From the NCBI GenBank assembly GCA_964649995.1, contig CAZYRU010000001.1:1-39646 (forward strand): DNA of 39,646 bases, in the 5' to 3' direction. Made by a program: the position numbers and the translations under genes. Each line of letters begins with the position of its first letter. Within the stretch, counting starts at the first letter, position 1. Shown piece after piece: positions 1-9,348 of this stretch. The notes beneath the pieces are model-generated. The model worked only from the letters and a program-made list of their open reading frames with translations, did no database searches and had not been told where the DNA came from. The stretch comes from an uncultured Gammaproteobacteria bacterium. Its GTDB lineage: Bacteria; Patescibacteriota; Microgenomatia; UBA1406; GWC2-37-13.

Positions 1-127
1 AAAGAACGAGTTAGATGTATACCTAAATATTTTGATTTTTAAGTAAACTATAAATTTTTGAAGTTGCCAAGGGGTTTAGTTGTTATAATTAAATAACTTA
101 AGAGATTAAAAACAAAAGAGTAAATCC

Positions 128-805
128 ATGATAAAAGAATTAGGTAGATCTCCACTTCCAACCGAATTTGGAGATTGGACATATCTTGTTTTTGGCGATT
201 TTATTTATGGTAGTCACCATGAGATGTTAGTTTTTGGCAATATTGCAGAAGGTTCTTTAGGAGACGGAGCAGATCTATTAGTAAGAATGCATTCCTCTTG
301 CCACACAAATGAAATATTCCATGCGGTGAACTGTGATTGTCGTAAACAACTTCATCAAGCTATGGAGCTTATTCAGCAGGAAAATCGAGGAATTATTCTT
401 TATCTGGATCAAGAAGGTAGAGGAAATGGTATTGCTGGTAAGCTCGCACAACTTAACGGTATGTTTGGGTGGGAAGACGGTAAAATACAGCAAAAAACAG
501 ATTCTCAAACAGGTGAACGGATTGATACTGATCGTGCGTATAAAGAAGCAGGATATTTTTCTGAAGCACGGGATTTTACGGTTGCTGGCGAGATGCTTCA
601 TAGTGTTGGAGTTAAATCTGTCAGACTATTAACTAATAATCCCAATAAAATTGCAGGATTAGAAAATTCAGGAATAAAAGTTACACCTGTAGAAATACAT
701 ATTACACCTGATAATGAAACAATTGCGACAGATTTAAAATCTAAGGCAAAAAATCTAGGACATCATATTAATGAAGAACATTGGCAGGTGAAAAAAAGAG
801 AATAA
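128..805 (+). CDS. ribA: GTP cyclohydrolase II-like protein
   Basis: 225-aa ORF. Motifs VRMHSSCHTNEIF..CDCRKQL, YLDQEGRGNGI and LLTNNPNKI match the RibA family. It has an insertion of about 20 aa (FGWEDGKIQQKTDSQTGERI) relative to typical RibA. Confidence 0.75.
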   Translation: MIKELGRSPLPTEFGDWTYLVFGDFIYGSHHEMLVFGNIAEGSLGDGADLLVRMHSSCHTNEIFHAVNCDCRKQLHQAMELIQQENRGIILYLDQEGRGNGIAGKLAQLNGMFGWEDGKIQQKTDSQTGERIDTDRAYKEAGYFSEARDFTVAGEMLHSVGVKSVRLLTNNPNKIAGLENSGIKVTPVEIHITPDNETIATDLKSKAKNLGHHINEEHWQVKKRE

Positions 806-960
806 AATTTATCAGTAAATTAAAAAACATAAAAATATAATTACTTCTTTGGTGATCAATAAAAGTCATTGAGATTACAGCTTCGTTTTATTTTGGCTTT
901 AAAATTAGATTTTTTTTACTCGTTGATTTTATCTTTTAAGTTTTGAGCTATAATAAGACT

Positions 961-2271
961 ATGTTTTTTGAAATTTGCTTAGCTAAAGTAGTGAGTTTTT
1001 TAAGCTCTGTTTTTAATTTTGGTTCAGGCTCGACTTGGCCAGGTCATCTTATTTTAAGTTTTGATAATAAAATAATTGAAAAAATTCTGCAAAAAAATCC
1101 CCAGTTAAAAATAATTTTGATTGCCGGTACTAATGGTAAAACTACCACTACTTCAATGTTAAAGTATGTTTTAGAAAAGCTAGATAAAAAAGTTTTTTCT
1201 AATCAAGAAGGAGCAAATTTAGTTAATGGTATTGCCTCTATTTTGTTGAAAAAGGCTGATTGGTGGGGCAGATTAGATTATGATTTTGCTTTGTTTGAGA
1301 CGGACGAATTTAGTTTTCCCCTAATTATTAATAAGGTTTCTCCGGATGCTATTTTACTTTTGAATTTATTTCGTGATCAGCTGGATCGATATGGTGAGGT
1401 TAATATCATAGGCAAGCGCTGGTTTTCTGCCTTAAGATTAAAGCAAAAAAACTACTTATTAATTGTTAACGGCGATGATCCTTATCTTTTTTATAATGCT
1501 TCGCTACTGAAGCAAAAAAAAATTTTTTTTGGCGTTAAGAAAGAATTAATGAAAACAAAACAGCTAGCTGATGATGTTGATTTTACTTACTGTCCAAATT
1601 GTCACTCGATTCTGCAATATAGTAATATTGCCTATGCGCATTTAGGAAACTTTTATTGTCCCACTTGTCAGTTTAAAAGGAGCGGAGAGATTGAGGATTT
1701 TAGCCAGGAGAAGATTATATACCCCCTGGAAGGTTTTTATAATCTTTATAACACTCATGCGGTTTTGGCTTTAATCAAAGCCCTTTTTGCGGTGAAAAAA
1801 GATTTTAATTTACTTCTTCAGGGTTTTAAGACGCCTTTTGGCAGACAGGAGGAGATTATTTATCAAGCTAGAAAATTTTTTCTTCTGCTGGCCAAAAATC
1901 CCGCAGGATTTAATCAGGCTTTAAAGACGCTAACTTTACTTTTAAAAGAACAAAAGGCAAATATTTTTATTATTCTTAATAATCGTATTCCTGACGGAAT
2001 GGATGTTTCTTGGATTTGGGATGTTGATTTTCGGTTAATTTTTAAGAATGCAAAAAGATTTTATTTAGCTGGCGATCGCGTTTATGATCTAGCACTGAGA
2101 TTAAAATATGAAGGAGCAGAAGAAATCGCTTGTAAAATATTTCCAGATTTTAAAGTGGCAGTTAAAGAATTAATTAATAATACTCGACCTGAGGAAAAAA
2201 TATTTGTTTTGCCGACTTATTCAGCGATGCTTGAGTTAAGGAAGGTGCTTTTAGGGAGAAAATTTTTATAA
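961..2271 (+). CDS. murT: Mur-ligase family lipid II isoglutaminyl synthase subunit MurT
   Basis: Mur ligase P-loop AGTNGKTTTTS, four-Cys ribbon CPNC...CPTC, and a C-terminal DUF1727-like region. gatD follows after 2 nt. The ORF track opens at TTG 943; the first ATG is at 961. Confidence 0.8.
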   Translation: MFFEICLAKVVSFLSSVFNFGSGSTWPGHLILSFDNKIIEKILQKNPQLKIILIAGTNGKTTTTSMLKYVLEKLDKKVFSNQEGANLVNGIASILLKKADWWGRLDYDFALFETDEFSFPLIINKVSPDAILLLNLFRDQLDRYGEVNIIGKRWFSALRLKQKNYLLIVNGDDPYLFYNASLLKQKKIFFGVKKELMKTKQLADDVDFTYCPNCHSILQYSNIAYAHLGNFYCPTCQFKRSGEIEDFSQEKIIYPLEGFYNLYNTHAVLALIKALFAVKKDFNLLLQGFKTPFGRQEEIIYQARKFFLLLAKNPAGFNQALKTLTLLLKEQKANIFIILNNRIPDGMDVSWIWDVDFRLIFKNAKRFYLAGDRVYDLALRLKYEGAEEIACKIFPDFKVAVKELINNTRPEEKIFVLPTYSAMLELRKVLLGRKFL

Positions 2272-2273
2272 TT

Positions 2274-3023
2274 ATGGAATTAAAAATAGGCTGGCTTTAT
2301 CCCAATTTGATGAATACTTATGGCGATCGAGGCAATATTATTGCTCTTGCCTATCGCATTCAAAAACGCGATATTAAAGTTAAGCTTTTAAAAATCTCGC
2401 TTGCTGATAATCCTAAGTTGATTTTATCTTCAGATCTGCTTTTTATGGGTGGCGCTCAGGATAAACAGCAGGAAATCGTTAATCAAGATTTAATGGTTAA
2501 TAAAAAAGAATATTTAACAGTAAAAATTGAAAAAGGTACACCAGGATTATATATCTGTGGCGCCTATCAATTTTTGGGGAAATATTATAAAACCTTTGCT
2601 GGTAAGATTATTCAAGGTTTGTCTATTTTTGATTTATATACCAAAAGTCCAGATATCAAAGCACCGCGTTTAATTGGTGATCTAGTTGTTAAGTCGGATT
2701 TTTTTGGTGATCAACTGCTGGTTGGTTTTGAAAATCATATGGGCAGAACCTATCTAGGTAAAAAAGTAAAGCCTTTGGCGTGGGTATTGAAGGGGTTTGG
2801 CAATAATGGTCAAGATAAAACTGAAGGGGTAATTTATAAAAATAGTTTGGGAAGTTATCTGCATGGACCAATTTTGCCAAAAAATCCTGAGATAGCTGAT
2901 TGGTTAATTGAGAAAGCCTTAGAGATAAAATACAAGAAAAAAATTGTTTTAAAAAAACTGGATAATAGAATAGAAAATCTTGCCCGTACTAGTTTAATTC
3001 ATTCACTGGCAATAAATTATTGA
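2274..3023 (+). CDS. gatD: CobQ-type glutamine amidotransferase GatD (MurT partner)
   Basis: N-terminus GWLYPNLMNTYGDRGNI, nucleophile context LYICGAYQFLG, and a C-terminal YLHGP histidine. Tightly coupled to murT. Confidence 0.8.
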   Translation: MELKIGWLYPNLMNTYGDRGNIIALAYRIQKRDIKVKLLKISLADNPKLILSSDLLFMGGAQDKQQEIVNQDLMVNKKEYLTVKIEKGTPGLYICGAYQFLGKYYKTFAGKIIQGLSIFDLYTKSPDIKAPRLIGDLVVKSDFFGDQLLVGFENHMGRTYLGKKVKPLAWVLKGFGNNGQDKTEGVIYKNSLGSYLHGPILPKNPEIADWLIEKALEIKYKKKIVLKKLDNRIENLARTSLIHSLAINY

Positions 3024-3027
3024 GTAA

Positions 3028-3264
3028 TTAATCAACCAATAAATCTCTTATTCTTACCTTAAGTGCATTAGCAATTTTTCTTAAGGTGGCCAAACTCGGT
3101 CGTCTTTTTGCTGTCTCTATTAAGCCAATAAAAGTAGTACTGAGTTTAGTTTTAACAGCCAGCTCTTCTTGAGTGATATCGGCCTGTTTACGTAGTCGTT
3201 TTAAGCGTTTGGCAAAACGCAGATCAATTAGATTTGGTTCTTTCATAATCTTAAAAAATACCAA
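3028..3264 (-). CDS. XRE-family helix-turn-helix transcriptional regulator
   Basis: 78 aa. LRKQADITQEELAVKTKLSTTFIGLIETAKRRPSLATLRKIANAL is a classic HTH_3/XRE pattern. Lies downstream of, and on the same strand as, ORF 3334..4116. Confidence 0.75.
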   Translation of the reverse strand: MVFFKIMKEPNLIDLRFAKRLKRLRKQADITQEELAVKTKLSTTFIGLIETAKRRPSLATLRKIANALKVRIRDLLVD

Positions 3265-3333
3265 AAATAATTTCTAAATTTTATTAACTTAAAGTATGGA
3301 TTTTATTTTGTTTTGCTTAATTTTTAACTTTAG

Positions 3334-4116
3334 TTATGGACAAAAAAGTTGTCTGGCGGCGTCAATTTGCTGGAAAATATCCCTTAAAAAGGGATATTCA
3401 GCTATTTTAGTATTAGAACATTTTTTTAAGGAAAAATTACACTCTTCCAACGCTTCTTTAAAATGGGGGCGTAAAACATTTTTCCAGGCATGAAGTTGGT
3501 TTTCAGTAATATTAATCAAACTAAAACAACCCTGATTAATATCAGGTACTACTACATCATTTAAAAAATGGACGAAAGAAAGGTTATATCCAGGGACAAT
3601 AATATCTTTAAGTGGTAGAACTATTACCGGGATGGCTAAAAGCAGTTGAATTCCTGGTCGTCTTCTCTTGTCTTTAATAATCCTTTTTTCCCCTAAGGTA
3701 ACATCAATACCAATTAAAGGTCGATGGTTGAGGATTTTACTAATAATAATATCCGCTCCTTTTTGGTAATTATTATAAGAGATATCAATCGAGGTAGGAG
3801 CTAATAGGCTGTTATAACTGGAGCGATTTAGTTCTTGCGAATAGATGGTTTTAATGAGACTGCAGGTAATAATTTCTGAAAGAATTGTTTGCCCCCAGGG
3901 AATAGTTTTTCCCGTTTCCTCATTAGGATTGGTTAAGTATTTTGTTAAAGCACGTTTGCGGCTTAGAAGGACATTACGGTCTGAATTAAAAACTAATTGT
4001 CCTTTGTGATTTTGAAAGGTTTTGGGGCAACGCATTACTTGTAGATAACTGTCTATAAATTGCAAAGCAGGATAATTAATTTCGCTTAAACTAGTTAAGA
4101 GCTCTTTTTTATTCAT
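3334..4116 (-). CDS. hypothetical protein (260 aa)
   Basis: Long ORF with no recognisable family. A possible D...E-x-K-like stretch (IGIDVTLGEKR) is only a weak hint of a nuclease fold. Probably co-transcribed with the XRE regulator. Confidence 0.5.
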   Translation of the reverse strand: MNKKELLTSLSEINYPALQFIDSYLQVMRCPKTFQNHKGQLVFNSDRNVLLSRKRALTKYLTNPNEETGKTIPWGQTILSEIITCSLIKTIYSQELNRSSYNSLLAPTSIDISYNNYQKGADIIISKILNHRPLIGIDVTLGEKRIIKDKRRRPGIQLLLAIPVIVLPLKDIIVPGYNLSFVHFLNDVVVPDINQGCFSLINITENQLHAWKNVLRPHFKEALEECNFSLKKCSNTKIAEYPFLRDIFQQIDAARQLFCP

Positions 4117-4214
4117 AAATTGATATTTTAGCTTGATTTTTTCCTATTGCAAGCGAAAAAAATAGAATAATGTGTTATCTTTAAGTTAAATATTATTTAA
4201 TTAATTAATTATTC

Positions 4215-4514
4215 ATGCTCAAGAGAAAGAATAATCTGTGGGGAAAAAAATGGCTATGGTTAATTGTGTTAGGAGTAATTATTATTTTCTATTTTGTCTA
4301 TCGCGATGCACAAAGGAAGTATCGTTTGCCATGTATTAAAAATAATATTTGCACTAACAATGCCTCAATTTGTTTGCCGGGTGGGCATTGTAAAATAGTG
4401 GATGCGGTAGATACTAGTTTTCGTCCGATTAAAATTGGACTTTGTGTTTGTGAGGAAAAAGCCACCTTATCCCCACCTCGGCTAGATTTAAATAAGCAAA
4501 AGGCAAAAGAATAA
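4215..4514 (+). CDS. hypothetical small Cys-rich membrane-anchored protein
   Basis: 99 aa with an N-terminal TM segment (WLWLIVLGVIIIFYFVY) followed by 6 Cys. The 3' end overlaps the convergent gene 4429..5529 by 86 nt, so coding status is uncertain. Confidence 0.3.
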   Translation: MLKRKNNLWGKKWLWLIVLGVIIIFYFVYRDAQRKYRLPCIKNNICTNNASICLPGGHCKIVDAVDTSFRPIKIGLCVCEEKATLSPPRLDLNKQKAKE

Positions 4515-5529
4515 GAAAGTAACGCGGAAAAGGTGCTTGTACGCCCAAATAAATTAAATACAAAAAAGGGGTAGCACCGATTAAGTTTGTCAAATTTACT
4601 TTTCCAATTAACTCCAAACTTTTTTTAAAAGAAAAAAATAGAGTTATAGGCCAGAAAAATGACCAGGGTTGCGATTTAATAAATTGTTCTTTTCCCCACC
4701 AGGTTTTAAAATAGCCAGTAGCAAACATTAAAAGCGAAGCTCCAGGAAAGGAGCTTGTATTATGGACAAGGCGATATTTTAAGGTTTTAAGCCAATAAAA
4801 GATAATATTAAATTTACCTTGATGGTTTATAAAAGTGGGTAAATAAAGCAGGGAATAGATCACAAAACCAAGTATAAGATGAAGTAGAAAGTGCTTTAGG
4901 TGTAGTTGTTTTTTGAGCCATAAATATCCAGCAAAGAGCCCAATGAAAAATAGCGGTGTAATCCAAAACTTACAACCGGCAAAAAGCCCCAAAAAAATTC
5001 CAGCTAACCACAAATTACGCCAATAAAAAATTGCTAAAAAGTAAGCTATAAAAAGCAGGGTTTGACCCAAATCTAGTAGTGTTTGACTGGAGATATCTAA
5101 AAATAAACCATCCATTACTAAAAGTAAACCACCCAAAAATGCCACTAAATTATTGTTATAAACTCTGTTGCCAAGATAATAGGTAAGAGCAATTAACAAC
5201 ATTCCCATTATGACTTGAATTATGTAGGGATTATTAAAAAATAAGATTGATATACCAAATAAAGTTTTCAGAAACGGAGGATGTTCAAAATTAAATTGGC
5301 TAGGGTCGTAACCTAAAGCATATAGCAAGCCGGTGGCTTGATAAATATCGGCATCAGAGAGAAAAATGCGTCGATCTTTAATTTCATAAGTAATATCTTG
5401 TGACTGAAAATAACGGTTAATAAGAGTGGGATCAAATCTAAAATAAAAAATTTCTCTTTTAAAAAGAAAAAGGAGTAAAATATAAATTATTACTAAAACA
5501 GTAATCCATTTCCAATCTTTTTTCGACAT
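4429..5529 (-). CDS. polytopic membrane protein, GT39/ArnT/PMT-like glycosyltransferase
   Basis: Roughly ten hydrophobic helices, with overall architecture like the dolichyl/undecaprenyl-phosphate-sugar transferase fold (GT-C). The start is moved to ATG 5529 (MSKKDWKW...) to avoid overlap with the PspC gene start; the ORF track extends to 5625. Confidence 0.5.
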   Translation of the reverse strand: MSKKDWKWITVLVIIYILLLFLFKREIFYFRFDPTLINRYFQSQDITYEIKDRRIFLSDADIYQATGLLYALGYDPSQFNFEHPPFLKTLFGISILFFNNPYIIQVIMGMLLIALTYYLGNRVYNNNLVAFLGGLLLVMDGLFLDISSQTLLDLGQTLLFIAYFLAIFYWRNLWLAGIFLGLFAGCKFWITPLFFIGLFAGYLWLKKQLHLKHFLLHLILGFVIYSLLYLPTFINHQGKFNIIFYWLKTLKYRLVHNTSSFPGASLLMFATGYFKTWWGKEQFIKSQPWSFFWPITLFFSFKKSLELIGKVNLTNLIGATPFLYLIYLGVQAPFPRYFLILLPFAYLNLAEVGIRWLFPHKHKVQF

Positions 5530-5581
5530 CAAATTAATTATATAGTAAATTTTTAGTTTTTTTGTTACACTAAAAAAAGAT

Positions 5582-6049
5582 ATGACAGCGGTAAAAAAAC
5601 ATACCACCAGACAAAATACCGTCAATAAACTTTATCGTTCACAAACCGATCGAGTAATTGCTGGAGTAGCAGGCGGACTAGGGGAATATTTTAAGATTGA
5701 TTCTTCTCTTATCCGGATTTTATTTGTTGTTATAACTTTATTTGGAGGAAGTGGTATTTTGCTTTATTTAATTTTGTGGCTTATTATTCCTGCGCGGGAA
5801 GAAGATGAAGATATTAGAGAAAATATTAAAAATAATTTCCAGGAAATTAAAACCCAAACTCAATCTTTGGCAATGGCATCAAATTTTGATTCCCGTAGAT
5901 GGGCCGGAGTAATTTTAATTGTGATTGGTTTAGTCTTTCTTTTGGAAAATTTAGGGTTTTTTGCCCCTTTTTTAGTAAGGAAATTTTGGCCATTAATTTT
6001 AGTGATTATAGGACTAGCAATTTTTTTAAAAAATGAAAAAAATAACTGA
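5582..6049 (+). CDS. PspC domain-containing membrane protein
   Basis: LYRSQTDRVIAGVAGGLGEYFKIDSSLIRILFVVITLFGGSGILLYLILWLIIP is the canonical PspC domain. The C-terminus carries a DUF5668/LiaF-like TM hairpin. Confidence 0.8.
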   Translation: MTAVKKHTTRQNTVNKLYRSQTDRVIAGVAGGLGEYFKIDSSLIRILFVVITLFGGSGILLYLILWLIIPAREEDEDIRENIKNNFQEIKTQTQSLAMASNFDSRRWAGVILIVIGLVFLLENLGFFAPFLVRKFWPLILVIIGLAIFLKNEKNN

Positions 6050-6320
6050 TTGGGGAAAAACAATTTGTGCCTGTTTTCGTAAAAAAGAATCAACTTCTCA
6101 TCTTAGTGGTGGTTTTTTCCTAATTATGTTAGGGATTATTTTTTTGCTTAATAATTTAGGTTTGCTTCCTTGGGACGTTTGGAATTTTTTATGGAAAATG
6201 TGGCCGTTATTTTTAATTTTATCCGGTTTGGAGATTTTATTTGATGCATGTTTTGCGTGGTTAATTATAATTTTACTGATGGAGGTGGGTTTACTTTTAT
6301 ATCTGATTTTTATTCCTTAA
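6033..6320 (+). CDS. DUF5668/LiaF-N-like small membrane protein
   Basis: LGIIFLLNNLGLLPWDVWNFLWKMWPLFLILSGL repeats the TM-hairpin motif seen at the C-terminus of the preceding PspC protein. 17-nt overlap with that gene. Confidence 0.5.
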   Translation: MKKITDWGKTICACFRKKESTSHLSGGFFLIMLGIIFLLNNLGLLPWDVWNFLWKMWPLFLILSGLEILFDACFAWLIIILLMEVGLLLYLIFIP

Positions 6321-6832
6321 AATTTTAACCTTGTTTTTTTAATAATTTCTTTTACCCAAGGCGCTAAAGGTTCCTGTGGTGCACAAGTTATTTGGTAGGC
6401 AAAATCCGGATTAAAAACCGGGGGGTGTTTTAATTGCAGTTTGTAAACATAATCTATTTCATTTTCCCAATATTGACTTTGTGGATCATACGCTTGATAA
6501 CGAACTTTAGTAATAAATTGAAAATTACTCGTAAGATCTTCTTCGTTAAGCCGCCACTCCCGCTTTAAACTATTGAGGATTGCTTCTTTATCAGTTTGTA
6601 ATTGGTGGTTAATAAAGAGTTGATGAGAGGAAAAACTCATATCAAACACCCTGTTAAAAATAGGATGATTGCGATGTTGAAAGATAATGTTGTCATTATA
6701 ACTCATAATTAATGTAAAGCCGCGATGCAGTAGATTATTTTTATGAGCTAGCCATTTTTCTGCCTGATTAATAATTTGATCTGCTTCATTCACCAAAGCA
6801 ACAAATTGTTGTTCCTGATAATAATTAATCAT
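6317..6832 (-). CDS. Nudix-fold protein resembling type 1 isopentenyl-diphosphate isomerase
   Basis: Aligns by eye to E. coli Idi: AEKWLAHKNNLLHRGFT vs LEKYAAHT..LHLAFS, and YWENEIDYVY vs IVENEVCPVF. The Cys of the NSVCGHP motif is Ser here (MSFSSHQ). Confidence 0.4.
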   Translation of the reverse strand: MINYYQEQQFVALVNEADQIINQAEKWLAHKNNLLHRGFTLIMSYNDNIIFQHRNHPIFNRVFDMSFSSHQLFINHQLQTDKEAILNSLKREWRLNEEDLTSNFQFITKVRYQAYDPQSQYWENEIDYVYKLQLKHPPVFNPDFAYQITCAPQEPLAPWVKEIIKKTRLKF

Positions 6833-6840
6833 GAGTATTT

Positions 6841-9342
6841 TTAAGATGAGGATGATTCTTGTTTTTCTTCCTGCATTGTCATAGTTTTAGTATTTTCTGC
6901 TTTTTTAGCTGTAGTTTTAGCAACAGTAATTAATTCCTCTTCCTGAAGTATCTCTTGTTTGGTTTTGGCAATGACTGCTTGTTCTTTTTCTATTTCTTCC
7001 TTGACGGTTTTGGCTGCTTCTAGTTTGGCTTTAAGATATACAATAATTTCTTCACCTTTTAGATTATTGATTAAAACAACAGGCAATATATAGGCAAGAT
7101 CATCTAACCCCTGCTGTTTAAGGTTGGGATCTGAGGCAACTAGTTTATTAAGAGTATTGGTAATAAAAACAATATCTTTTTCAATCCATTCTAAACGAGA
7201 TTGAATATTTTCCGATACTGGTACTTCGCCTTTTTGATATTGTTCTTTCCACATCTTTTTGACCTGTTCATAATCTTCCAATGAAATAGAAGGAGGAATA
7301 GTGATTATCTCTTCAATATTTTTTTGAGAAGCAAGAATTAATTTAATTTGGTCAGCAATAATCTCCCTGAGTTGTTTTTCGGGTAGATTAATACCGGTAG
7401 CAGTGTGTTCTAGTAGTTGAGTAAGTTTGGGATTAGTTTTTAGGGAATCGTAGACTAACTGTAAAGTTTTTTCTAATGTTTCTTTATTAAGACTAGTTTT
7501 TTTGGCAATATTCTCTATTACTTCAGTCGCGGGCTGGCTGATATTTTCTTTTAATGAGATAAGCAGTGATTGAGTTTGGGCGGAGGAAAGATGAGTAGTT
7601 TGGGCGATTTCACTAACAAGATCTGCATTTTTAAGCAATGAGTCAACAAAGTAATTATTAATAGCATTAACTTTTTCTGGATTAACTTGAGAGCGATAGG
7701 CGACGACATAATTAATAGCTTTAGAGGTGGGAAGTGTGCTAAGAATCTGCTGTTTTTTTAGAATTTGATCAGAGAGTGAGTTAGAAACCGACAATAAAAT
7801 TTGTCTAGCAGAAGTATCGTTTTTAATAGATCGATGATAAAGTTCGTTTTTTAAATTCATAAACATCTCCTTTTCTTTCGGGGTACTGGCTTGAGTGGGA
7901 TTTTGTAGGTAGCTGAGATTTTTATTCACAGTTTCTTTTACTTGTTTATTGGTTTCATAATTGGCCAAATTAGTTAGTTTAGCGGTAGAGGTAGTAGCAG
8001 TGATAGTTTTTTTTATTTCTTCGGTGGTGATTTTTTTTACCTGCTCTACATTAATCAGTTTTGGCTTAATATTGACATCAATTTCTTTATTAGCTTTTAA
8101 GACTGTTTGTGGAGCAGATTGCAAGGGCGAAATAGGACCTAATTTTCCTCGCAGATGATCATAAATTGAGAGCAAGATATTTTTACTAGTATTAATACCA
8201 TCACAGCAATAATCGCGGAAGATTCGCAATAACCACCAAGGAAGAAAAATTGTTACCCACAGCATAATTAACGAGATTACATATTCCATAAAAGTATCAA
8301 TGTAGTTGCCGTTATTAAGCACAGATAATTTTTGCGCTGGTCCGCCAAAAAGAAGATTTATCCCTGAATAATAAACATAGCCCTTGCTGGTGCCAGCCCG
8401 TGAGAAATTAAAGGTAAAAGGGATGCCTGCTTGCCAAATACGAGCGGTTGCCCCCAAAAATAGAGAAAACAATGGTCCATAAAAAAGCCATTGAAAAAAA
8501 ACCCCTATCCAAATCCAGCCAATATTTTTAATAAAATTAAATAAAAATAATATACCTAGAAAAGGTGAGATTATGATCATACTCCAAAGAATAATTTTGC
8601 GCATAATAAGCATTATTCCCATGACATAGTAGGTAATATTAGTGGTTTTTAAAAGAAAGAGTTCGGTTTGAATAGCTTCTTGTACTTGAAAATTTAAATC
8701 TCGACAGCCAATAAAATCATTATAATTTTTTTCACTACTGGGAATATCGCTAAAATAAATATTAAAGAGTTTGCTACCGCCTAACTTTTCGACAAAAAAA
8801 CGCGAAATAATTTCTGATAATTGAATTAAGATAATTACGATTGTAGCTGAGAAGGTAATATATAAAATCGTTAGACCAATTTTTATCAACCACGGCATTA
8901 TCTTAATATTTAAATTAAAGTTACTTGTTTGCCCAATGATAAAACCAATTCCAACAATTGCGATACTAACTAAAAGAAAGTAATAACTAAGCCTTCTTGT
9001 TACCTGCCAGATGTCTTTAAATATCTGATGATCATCAATGGCATTTTTATTAATTACCCACCAAATAAATTGTCGGGCCCGGTCATTTGCTTTGCCTTGG
9101 GCGGTAATCTCAGGATCATCAATCCAATAATGATTGGCACCAGGATTTTTTAGAAATTCTTCATATGAAGAGACACACTTTTCATTTCTTTGTTTATAAA
9201 TATCAAGTAAATCCGATGGACAGGAATCAAGATAACACTTAGTTGGAGGCAAATTAATATTAATTCGATCAGCTGCTTGTGCTGACGGTAAAGTTAATAA
9301 AAAGGCAATAAGTAAGAAAAACCCAAGAATTATTTTTTTCAT
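6841..9342 (-). CDS. large secreted/polytopic membrane protein (833 aa), unknown function
   Basis: Signal peptide (LLTLPSAQA), a Cys-containing ectodomain, and about 8 TM helices. A helical, low-complexity, Lys/Glu/Gln-rich C-terminal region of about 440 aa follows. 6-nt gap to the cohesin-domain gene upstream. Confidence 0.7.
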   Translation of the reverse strand: MKKIILGFFLLIAFLLTLPSAQAADRININLPPTKCYLDSCPSDLLDIYKQRNEKCVSSYEEFLKNPGANHYWIDDPEITAQGKANDRARQFIWWVINKNAIDDHQIFKDIWQVTRRLSYYFLLVSIAIVGIGFIIGQTSNFNLNIKIMPWLIKIGLTILYITFSATIVIILIQLSEIISRFFVEKLGGSKLFNIYFSDIPSSEKNYNDFIGCRDLNFQVQEAIQTELFLLKTTNITYYVMGIMLIMRKIILWSMIIISPFLGILFLFNFIKNIGWIWIGVFFQWLFYGPLFSLFLGATARIWQAGIPFTFNFSRAGTSKGYVYYSGINLLFGGPAQKLSVLNNGNYIDTFMEYVISLIMLWVTIFLPWWLLRIFRDYCCDGINTSKNILLSIYDHLRGKLGPISPLQSAPQTVLKANKEIDVNIKPKLINVEQVKKITTEEIKKTITATTSTAKLTNLANYETNKQVKETVNKNLSYLQNPTQASTPKEKEMFMNLKNELYHRSIKNDTSARQILLSVSNSLSDQILKKQQILSTLPTSKAINYVVAYRSQVNPEKVNAINNYFVDSLLKNADLVSEIAQTTHLSSAQTQSLLISLKENISQPATEVIENIAKKTSLNKETLEKTLQLVYDSLKTNPKLTQLLEHTATGINLPEKQLREIIADQIKLILASQKNIEEIITIPPSISLEDYEQVKKMWKEQYQKGEVPVSENIQSRLEWIEKDIVFITNTLNKLVASDPNLKQQGLDDLAYILPVVLINNLKGEEIIVYLKAKLEAAKTVKEEIEKEQAVIAKTKQEILQEEELITVAKTTAKKAENTKTMTMQEEKQESSSS

Positions 9343-9348
9343 GAATAC

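Noticed and set aside
1-127. Possible FMN riboswitch or strong promoter upstream of the ribA-like gene
   Set aside because: The region is too short and lacks the conserved FMN-element core. The TTGCCA/TATAAT pair (64-69 / 84-89) has only a 14-nt spacer.
278-632. ORFs 278..601(-) and 333..632(+) inside the ribA-like gene
   Set aside because: They lie entirely within a gene with clear family motifs. Their products are low-complexity, as expected from alternative frames of AT-rich DNA.
3296-3493. 65-aa plus-strand ORF
   Set aside because: It overlaps the 3' end of the longer minus-strand ORF 3334..4116 and has no SD or motif support.
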